Shown in pieces: positions 57,714 through 64,000 of a stretch of 64,000 bases of DNA (the first letter of the stretch is position 1; every line of letters begins with the position of its first letter). The stretch comes from Candidatus Babeliales bacterium (GTDB taxonomy: Bacteria; Babelota; Babeliae; Babelales; UASB340): the NCBI GenBank assembly GCA_023133515.1, contig JAGLWI010000003.1:12265-76264 (forward strand), read 5' to 3'. The translations under genes and the position numbers were made by a program. A model generated the notes under the pieces. That model was not told the DNA's origin. It saw nothing but the letters and a program-made list of their open reading frames with translations, and searched no databases.

Positions 57714-58477
57714 ATGTTTTTGAAAATTATGCGGCTTATTATGATTTATTGTATCAAGATAAGAATTATGAATCAGAAGCAAATTATATTGATAAGCTTA
57801 TTCAGAAATATTTTTTGAATGCAAAATCTATTTTTGAGCTTGGGTGTGGAACGGGAAAACATGCAATGTTTTTGGCAAAAAAAGGATATTTTGTTCATGG
57901 AGTTGATTTTAGTAATAAGATGATTTCTTTTGCAAAAAATATAGTTGAAGAACATAAAGATTTAGTTGGAAAATTAAATTTTTCGTATGGAGATATTAGA
58001 TCTGTTTGCTTAAATAAAAAATTTGACATTGTTATTTCACTTTTTCATGTTGTTAGTTATCAGTTAACCAATGATGATTTAAAAAAAACTTTTTTAAGTG
58101 CAGCTAAGCATCTTAATAAAGAAGGAATTTTTATTTTTGATTGTTGGTATGGGCCAGCTGTTTTAAATAATAAGCCTTTAGTTCGTGTAAAACGTTTTGA
58201 AAATTCTAAACTTTTTATAACTCGTGTTGCAGAACCAAAAACGTATCCAAATGAAAATAGGGTTGATGTAAATTATCAAGTTTATGTTAACGATAAAAAA
58301 ACTAAAAATACTAATGAGTTTAAAGAAATTCATAAAATGCGTTATTTGTTTAAGCCTGAAGTTGAATTTATATTAGAAGAATGTGGTTTTAAATTGTTAA
58401 ATTTTGAAGAATGGGGCACAGGAAAAGAGCCTGGAATTGATAGTTGGGGTGTTTGTTTCATTTGTAAAAAAGAATAG
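57710..58477 (+). CDS. Class I SAM-dependent methyltransferase
   Basis: The protein starts MNVFENYAAYYDLLY and has motif I IFELGCGTGKHAMFLAKKGYFVHGVDFS. The start overlaps the upstream stop (ATGA). Confidence 0.8.
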   Translation: MNVFENYAAYYDLLYQDKNYESEANYIDKLIQKYFLNAKSIFELGCGTGKHAMFLAKKGYFVHGVDFSNKMISFAKNIVEEHKDLVGKLNFSYGDIRSVCLNKKFDIVISLFHVVSYQLTNDDLKKTFLSAAKHLNKEGIFIFDCWYGPAVLNNKPLVRVKRFENSKLFITRVAEPKTYPNENRVDVNYQVYVNDKKTKNTNEFKEIHKMRYLFKPEVEFILEECGFKLLNFEEWGTGKEPGIDSWGVCFICKKE

Positions 58478-58480
58478 AAA

Positions 58481-59701
58481 ATGAGAATTGGTATTTATTT
58501 TGATGATCTTTGTTTTTCAGATTCTAGAACTGGTGGAAGTTTTACGTTTCAACAATGTATTTTTAATGCTTTAAAAAATCTTAAAGATAATAAACATGAG
58601 TTTTATATTTTTTCTACAGATAAAATCGATTTCCCCAAAAATTCTTTTCTGAAATTTATTTATTTAAAAAAAATTGATTATCCAATAAAGGATAGTTTTT
58701 TTAAAAAAGTTAAGAGAAAGTTTTTTAAAAAGAAAGAAAATATTTTTAATAACAAAGAAGATTTAAACAATGCTGCATTTGAAAATAATATTGAATTAAT
58801 GTGGTTTCCAACAAATTCTTATAAATTTGTTGAGATTCCATTTTTTTATACTGTTTGGGATTTGCAGCATAGGTTACAAAGTTATTTCCCAGAGGTAAGT
58901 GTTTCTGGTTGTAAGTTTGAAGACAGAGAAAAAAAATATTCTTATATTATTCCTAGGGCGTCGTATATTTTTATTGGAAATCAAGCTGGCAAGCAAGAAG
59001 TTGTTAAATTTTATAATTTTCCAAAAGAGAGAGTAAAAATATTACCTTTGCCTACTCCTGATTTTTTATTTAATTATTTTGAAACAAAAAATGATTTTAT
59101 AAATAAGCTTGGAATAAAAAGAAACTATTTATTTTATCCAGCGCAATTTTGGCCACACAAAAATCATATATTGATTTTACTTGCAATAAAAATTTTAAAA
59201 GAAAAATATGGAATAGATTTTGATGTAGTTTTTACTGGCTCAGACAAGGGAAATTTAAACTATATAAAAGAAAAAGTTGAAGAATTAGGGCTAAAAGAAA
59301 AAGTATATTTTTTAGGTTTTGTTTCTATTGAAAATTTAATTGAACTTTATAGAAATGCTTTTGCATTAGTTTTTCCATCCTTTTTTGGACCAGATAATAT
59401 TCCTCCACTAGAGGCTTTTGCATTAAAATGTCCTGTAATTGCTGCAAAAGTTAGTGGAGCTGAATATCAACTAGGAGATGCTGCAATTTTATTTGATCCA
59501 AAAAGTGAAAATGAATTAGTGAGCGCTATAAAAAAATTACAAGATGATGTTATTTTAAGGTCGATTATTATTGAAAAAGGCTTTAATAAATCTAAAAGTT
59601 GGAAAGCTGAGGATTATGTTTGTGAGGTATTAAGACTTGTAGACGAGTTTTCTGAGATTCGTAGGTGTTGGAGTAATAAACAAAAATATATTCATTTATA
59701 A
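58481..59701 (+). CDS. GT4-family glycosyltransferase
   Basis: The motif is PSFFGPDNIPPLEAFALKCPVIAAKVSGAEYQLGDAAILFDP. Confidence 0.75.
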   Translation: MRIGIYFDDLCFSDSRTGGSFTFQQCIFNALKNLKDNKHEFYIFSTDKIDFPKNSFLKFIYLKKIDYPIKDSFFKKVKRKFFKKKENIFNNKEDLNNAAFENNIELMWFPTNSYKFVEIPFFYTVWDLQHRLQSYFPEVSVSGCKFEDREKKYSYIIPRASYIFIGNQAGKQEVVKFYNFPKERVKILPLPTPDFLFNYFETKNDFINKLGIKRNYLFYPAQFWPHKNHILILLAIKILKEKYGIDFDVVFTGSDKGNLNYIKEKVEELGLKEKVYFLGFVSIENLIELYRNAFALVFPSFFGPDNIPPLEAFALKCPVIAAKVSGAEYQLGDAAILFDPKSENELVSAIKKLQDDVILRSIIIEKGFNKSKSWKAEDYVCEVLRLVDEFSEIRRCWSNKQKYIHL

Positions 59702-59738
59702 ATATATTTTAAATAAATTTTAATAAAAAGGGCAAAGC

Positions 59739-60623
59739 ATGAGTAATTTTAAAAATTCAAATCCAAAAATAATTGCTGAGATTGGTTGCAACCATAAAGG
59801 GGATATGGAAATAGCAAAAGAAATGATTGTTACTGCTGCAACATTTTGCAAAGTAGATACTGTTAAATTTCAGAAAAGAACAAATTCTGAGCTTTTAACA
59901 AAAGATCAATATAATGCGCCTCATATAAATTCTTATAATTCATATGGTAAAACATATGGTAAACATAGGGAGTTCTTAGAGTTTACGGTAGATCAACATC
60001 GTCAATTGAAAGAGTATTGTGAAGAATTTGGAGTAACTTATAGTACTTCAGTTTGGGACTTGACCGCAGCAAAAGAAATTACATCTTTGCAGCCTAAAAT
60101 GATTAAAATTCCTTCAGCATCAAATCTTAACTGGAAAATGCTGGATTACTTAATTAATCATTTTGCAGGGGAAATACATGTTTCAACCGGAATGACTAGT
60201 AAAAAAGAAATAGATGAAATTGTATCTTTTTTTGATAAAGCCCATCGTATACAAGATGTAATTATTTACGCTTGTACTTCGGGATATCCTGTTGCCTTTG
60301 AAGATATATGTCTTTATGAAATAACTTATCTAAAAGAAAAATATGATTCAAAGGTAAAAGGAGTTGGTTTTTCTGGGCATCATTTAGGAATTGCAGCTGA
60401 TATTGCGGCAATGACACTTGGAGCCGAATGGGTGGAAAGGCATTTTACTCTTGATAGAACATGGAAGGGAACCGATCATGCTGCGTCATTAGAGCCAGGT
60501 GGTATAAGAAAACTTGCAAGAGATTTAAGAAGTGTGCACAAATCTTTACGATATAAGTCCACAGATTTGCTTGAGGTAGAAATTCCTCAACGTAAAAAAT
60601 TAAAATGGATAGCTCAAGTTTGA
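59739..60623 (+). CDS. NeuB-family (N-acetylneuraminate synthase-like) protein lacking the C-terminal SAF domain
   Basis: Motifs are IIAEIGCNHKGDMEIAKEMI, KIPSASN, GFSGHHLG and VERHFTLDR. It is only 294 aa. Confidence 0.7.
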   Translation: MSNFKNSNPKIIAEIGCNHKGDMEIAKEMIVTAATFCKVDTVKFQKRTNSELLTKDQYNAPHINSYNSYGKTYGKHREFLEFTVDQHRQLKEYCEEFGVTYSTSVWDLTAAKEITSLQPKMIKIPSASNLNWKMLDYLINHFAGEIHVSTGMTSKKEIDEIVSFFDKAHRIQDVIIYACTSGYPVAFEDICLYEITYLKEKYDSKVKGVGFSGHHLGIAADIAAMTLGAEWVERHFTLDRTWKGTDHAASLEPGGIRKLARDLRSVHKSLRYKSTDLLEVEIPQRKKLKWIAQV

Positions 60624-60714
60624 TATAGCAAGATTGCAAGAGAGCTATTGCCTAAATGTTTTTTTGTTCATTTTTGCAAATGCAAAGTATGAGATTAAGT
60701 AGCAAATTTTATAC

Positions 60715-61509
60715 TTAAAGTGAAATATTTTTACATATGAAACTGGGAATGTGTGCTATAGGGTTTTTTTCTATTTTTATATTTTTATTCATAAAAAATT
60801 CATCTATGGCTTTTGTTTCTCCGTGTACAGTTCCATAATCGTCAAATACAATCATTCCCCCCGGAACAAGTTTATCGTAGCATTGTTCTAATATTATTTT
60901 GGTTGGCTCGTAGACATCAACATCTATGTGAAGCAAGGAAATTTTTAGTTCTGGATGTTTTTTCAAATATCTTGGCAAAGTTTCAAGAATATCTCCTTTT
61001 ATTAATTCAAAATTTTTAAATTCCTTGTGAAGCAATACTTTTTTTAGGGTGTCATCTGAGATTCCGTCTCCTCCTGCGGCTTCAAAGTTTTTAACAAAGT
61101 TTCTATCTGTTTCCAGATGCTGCGATTTTGGAAATTGCCCAAAAATATCAAATCCTATTACTTTTCTTGAGTAAGGGCTTTCAAGTATTTCACGAAACGT
61201 CAAAAATCTAATTAATGAGTTTCCTTTATAAACGCCAAATTCAATAACTTGTCCAGGAAGGTGCACAATTTTTTTATATAATTCATAGTGAGCAAGTAAT
61301 TTGCTTATTCTCCTAATGTCAGAGGTTAGGTAAAATCCGTTTTCATAATCCCAACTTTTTGTTGTGTCAAAATTTAAAAATTTCATAAAAACGTCCTTTT
61401 TTTGCTTTGGTTTTTTATTTATTTTCACACGATTTGTATTGGTATTTTTTAAATATGTTTCATATTCTTTGCAAAAGTTATTTACATGGTAAAATATTTT
61501 TGTGAACAT
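60715..61509 (-). CDS. TylF/MycF-like class I SAM-dependent O-methyltransferase
   Basis: Motifs are IEFGVYKGNSLIRF, LHIDVDVYEPT and GGMIVFDDYG. An internal alternative start (MKFLNFD) is possible. Confidence 0.7.
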   Translation of the reverse strand: MFTKIFYHVNNFCKEYETYLKNTNTNRVKINKKPKQKKDVFMKFLNFDTTKSWDYENGFYLTSDIRRISKLLAHYELYKKIVHLPGQVIEFGVYKGNSLIRFLTFREILESPYSRKVIGFDIFGQFPKSQHLETDRNFVKNFEAAGGDGISDDTLKKVLLHKEFKNFELIKGDILETLPRYLKKHPELKISLLHIDVDVYEPTKIILEQCYDKLVPGGMIVFDDYGTVHGETKAIDEFFMNKNIKIEKNPIAHIPSFICKNISL

Positions 61510-61632
61510 GCCGATTTATTTTTTTATTATGTTTTAAATTTTACTAATAAAATTTAAGGCTATTGTTGTTGCCTGTCAATTTTTTGATCAAAAATTAATT
61601 ATTGAATTTGCGGTATATTTGTACAAAAAATT

Positions 61633-62334
61633 ATGAAACAAAAATTTGTAGCTTTTATTCCTGTTCGTGGAGGAAGTAAATCTATTCGTTTTAAAAATAT
61701 AAAACCACTAGCTGGCAAGCCTCTTGTTTTTTGGACTATCGAATCTGCGTTGCAAGCAAGCATTATTCAATCGGTATACGTTGCTACAGATTCAGATATT
61801 ATTTCAAAGTGTGTTAGTGAACATTTTAATTCAAAAAAACTTTTTGTTATTGGAAGAGACCCAAAAACGGCAACAGATTTAGCTTCAAGTGAGAGTGTAT
61901 TATTAGAGTTCTGTAAAAATTATGTTTTTGATTATGTTTTTTTTATCCAAGCAACATCACCACTTCTTTCTTCTGATGATTTAAACAATGCATGGAATTA
62001 TTATAAAGATACAAATTTTGATTCACTTTTATCTGTTGTAAGGCAAAAACGTTTTTTATGGCAGACAAGAAATAATGGTCAAGCTTATCCTCTTAATTAT
62101 GATCCTAGAAAACGTCCACGACGCCAAGAATTCGATGGTTTTTTGATTGAAAACGGGGCTTTTTATTTATCTTCTCGTGATAATATTTTGCTATCGAATT
62201 GTAGAATTTCTGGGAAAATAGGGGTATACGAAATGAATGAAAATTCTTATTATGAAATTGATGAAAAAGAAGATTGGCTTGTAGTAGAACAAATTATTAA
62301 AAATTTTATTGGAGTAAAAAATGAAGTTAAGTAA
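61633..62334 (+). CDS. Acylneuraminate cytidylyltransferase family (CMP-nonulosonic acid synthetase), second copy
   Basis: Motifs are FVAFIPVRGGSKSIRFKNIKPLAGKPL, VATDSD and QATSPL. Confidence 0.8.
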   Translation: MKQKFVAFIPVRGGSKSIRFKNIKPLAGKPLVFWTIESALQASIIQSVYVATDSDIISKCVSEHFNSKKLFVIGRDPKTATDLASSESVLLEFCKNYVFDYVFFIQATSPLLSSDDLNNAWNYYKDTNFDSLLSVVRQKRFLWQTRNNGQAYPLNYDPRKRPRRQEFDGFLIENGAFYLSSRDNILLSNCRISGKIGVYEMNENSYYEIDEKEDWLVVEQIIKNFIGVKNEVK

Positions 62335-63250
62335 GATGATAGCTTCTTTTGTTTTTCCTCAAGGGGTTTTATGGGGACATAGGTATTTAAAAAGAAAATT
62401 TAAAAGATCTTTTTTTTATCAAGCATTTAATCCAACTAAAACTAGCATATTACGTAAAAATGGAATTTTTGAAAATATTCATAATGGAGAACGTTGCTTT
62501 ATTTTAGGAACAGACACATCTATTGAACACACAAATGTAAAATTGTTAACAAAAGAAAAAAAGATTTTTTTAAGTCAGTTTTTTCTACATGAGGATTATA
62601 ATAATCTTAACCCTGAATACCATTTGTTTAATTCTCTTGGAGGTCATCCGTATCTTGATCGTAAAGCGATTTTAGAACATTACAAGCAAATAGATGAAAT
62701 GATTAAACCCAATACAAGTCTTTTTTTTCGGTATGCTCTAGATTATGATTTTATTAAAAAACACAATTTATTCAAAAATAAAAAAGTATATTATATTGAT
62801 TATACAAGCTCAATGCCGTATTTATTAAAAGATGGACTAGATGCGACAAAATATTTTTATCATCCACAAGGATGTCTTTTAGCTGGTTTGCAATTAGCTT
62901 TATTTATGGGATTTAAAGAAATTTATTTAGTAGGATGTGGTTATCCAACTTTGAACCCTATTAAAAAGTATCATTTTTATGATCGTTCAAAAAGTACAAT
63001 AGATCATATTACAGAACAAGTTTACATTAAAATGATGGAAGAAAATAAAAATAAAACTGAAGTTGAAATATTTTTAGATAAAAATAAATTTTCAGAGAGA
63101 TATAAACAAAATAAAATATTTATTTCTGTTTTTGAAAGTTATTGGACGGTAAAGAAATATGCAGAACTAAAAGGGATAAAAATATATAATTCAAATAAAT
63201 ACGGTTTGATTGATATATTTCCTTATAAAGATTTTGAAAGTTTATTTTAA
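62321..63250 (+). CDS. Putative nonulosonic-acid (sialyl)transferase, GT42/Cst-like or DUF115-like
   Basis: CFILGTDTSI corresponds to IIAGNGPSL, and LALFMGFKEIYLVGCGY corresponds to IALGYKEIYLSGIDFY of Campylobacter Cst-II. It overlaps the cytidylyltransferase by 14 nt. Confidence 0.4.
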   Translation: MKLSKMIASFVFPQGVLWGHRYLKRKFKRSFFYQAFNPTKTSILRKNGIFENIHNGERCFILGTDTSIEHTNVKLLTKEKKIFLSQFFLHEDYNNLNPEYHLFNSLGGHPYLDRKAILEHYKQIDEMIKPNTSLFFRYALDYDFIKKHNLFKNKKVYYIDYTSSMPYLLKDGLDATKYFYHPQGCLLAGLQLALFMGFKEIYLVGCGYPTLNPIKKYHFYDRSKSTIDHITEQVYIKMMEENKNKTEVEIFLDKNKFSERYKQNKIFISVFESYWTVKKYAELKGIKIYNSNKYGLIDIFPYKDFESLF

Positions 63251-63292
63251 TAAAAAGAGATAGTTTTTTAGAAGGGTTGGTAGTAAAAAGGT

Positions 63293-64000
63293 ATGTTTAT
63301 AGAAGGGATTCTGTCTATTTTCCAGGTAACATTTTTACCTGGTTTTTTATTATTGAAATTATTTAATCTAAAAAATAATTTTTTAGAAAAGATTATTTTT
63401 TCTTTTGGATTGAGTTTAATTGTAAATTATCTTGGGGTTTTTGCATTAACTTCTTTAGGCATCTATATTCGTTCAGTAATTATCACAATTTTTTTCTTGG
63501 AAATTTTTCTTTTTTTCTATCTTGTTTCTGTTTTTAAATATTTAAATAAATCTCTTTTTTTAGAATTTGAAAATACCATTAAAACATTGAAAAATTCTCT
63601 TAAAAATATTGTACAAACGAATAAGAATAATATTTTTGGAAGATATTTATTTTTTATTAATTGGGTAGCAATTTTTTGTTCTATATTATGCATTGGTTGG
63701 GTTATATTCTTTATTTTTAAAAATATAAGTTCAATTTGTATATTTAGAGGAACAGATGATGTTTTTTCTTGGAATCGTTGGGCGTTAGATTGGTTTTCAA
63801 ACAAGTTACCGCATAATACTTGGCATTATCCACAATTAATTCCTGCAAATTGGTCTATTTCATATTTGTTTATGAATGCACCATTGCAGTATATTCCTAA
63901 AATAATAATGCCTTTGTTTATGTTTTATATGCTTTTATTAATGTTTTATTTGGGTATATACAAAAAATCCATAGGTTATTTTATTGGTGTTGTAGCAACA
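63293..64000 (+). CDS. Polytopic membrane protein, 3'-truncated by window edge; possible GT-C-fold enzyme
   Basis: An ATG at 63293 opens a frame that is uninterrupted for 236 codons to the window end (MFIEGILSIFQVTFLPGF...). It has an acidic loop RGTDDVFSWNRWALDW. It is absent from the ORF track because it has no stop. Confidence 0.6.
   Translation, partial: MFIEGILSIFQVTFLPGFLLLKLFNLKNNFLEKIIFSFGLSLIVNYLGVFALTSLGIYIRSVIITIFFLEIFLFFYLVSVFKYLNKSLFLEFENTIKTLKNSLKNIVQTNKNNIFGRYLFFINWVAIFCSILCIGWVIFFIFKNISSICIFRGTDDVFSWNRWALDWFSNKLPHNTWHYPQLIPANWSISYLFMNAPLQYIPKIIMPLFMFYMLLLMFYLGIYKKSIGYFIGVVAT

Noticed and set aside
60624-60714. A possible bidirectional terminator between the convergent NeuB-like and TylF-like genes (ttgca-aa-tgcaa and atagc...gctat pairings).
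   Set aside because: The stems are only 5 bp and AT-rich, with no convincing flanking U-tract. This is too weak to call.
1-64000. rRNA, tRNA, other structured ncRNA, IS elements, transposases, integrases, and prophage or defence-system genes.
   Set aside because: Coding density is near-continuous. Every sizeable ORF has a sugar-metabolism, membrane or folate assignment. The intergenic gaps are short and AT-rich, and no cloverleaf-like or transposase-like sequence was seen. A computational scan (tRNAscan, Infernal) was not possible.
1-64000. An alternative genetic code (TGA = Trp, as in Mollicutes), considered because of the extreme AT-richness.
   Set aside because: Many well-supported genes end at TGA (e.g. 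5256-5258, 6653-6655, 13723-13725). Conserved Trp positions (FWW, WHG) are encoded by TGG. The standard bacterial code fits.

Overview
Very AT-rich bacterial DNA using the standard genetic code (TGA is stop, TGG is Trp). The taxon cannot be assigned from the sequence alone. Almost the whole 64 kb is one densely packed surface-glycan locus of about 58 genes, mostly on the + strand and often overlapping by 1-20 nt. There are no rRNA or tRNA genes, CRISPR arrays, transposases or integrases. Main contents: (i) bases 1-13725 hold a tandem array of at least 7 alignable paralogs of a ~470-aa GT-C-fold (ArnT/PMT-like) membrane glycosyltransferase plus one divergent member. The array is interrupted by two paralogous Rossmann-type FAD oxidoreductases and runs off the left edge of the window. 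(ii) Nucleotide-sugar modules are present for GDP sugars (manC-like, gmd, fcl, perosamine-synthase-like aminotransferase), CDP sugars (rfbF, a 4,6-dehydratase-like SDR, a paratose-2-epimerase-like SDR), UDP sugars (ugd, UDP-xylose synthase) and CMP-nonulosonic acids (pseB, pseC, pseH-like, pseI, pseF-like, plus a second NeuB-like/cytidylyltransferase/Cst-like set). (iii) There is an ArnC/DPM1-like polyprenyl-phosphate glycosyltransferase, at least 6 GT4 and 2 GT2 transferases, an MsbA/PglK-like ABC exporter, several methyltransferases and a membrane sulfatase-like enzyme. (iv) A formyltransferase lies next to a 5-formyl-THF cyclo-ligase::FolD fusion. The most unusual observations are these. 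A GC-rich ~65-bp palindromic element (arm consensus GCGCTCATCCTGAGCTTGTCGAAGGATG) sits in intergenic gaps, donates stop codons to two genes, and appears as a related in-frame GC-rich insert inside fcl. The formyltransferase carries a G8 homopolymer. A GC-elevated two-gene patch lies next to the remnant of a glycosyltransferase gene. A signal-peptide WD40 protein is encoded antisense within the locus. All functional calls rest on motifs read by eye; no searches or computations were run.
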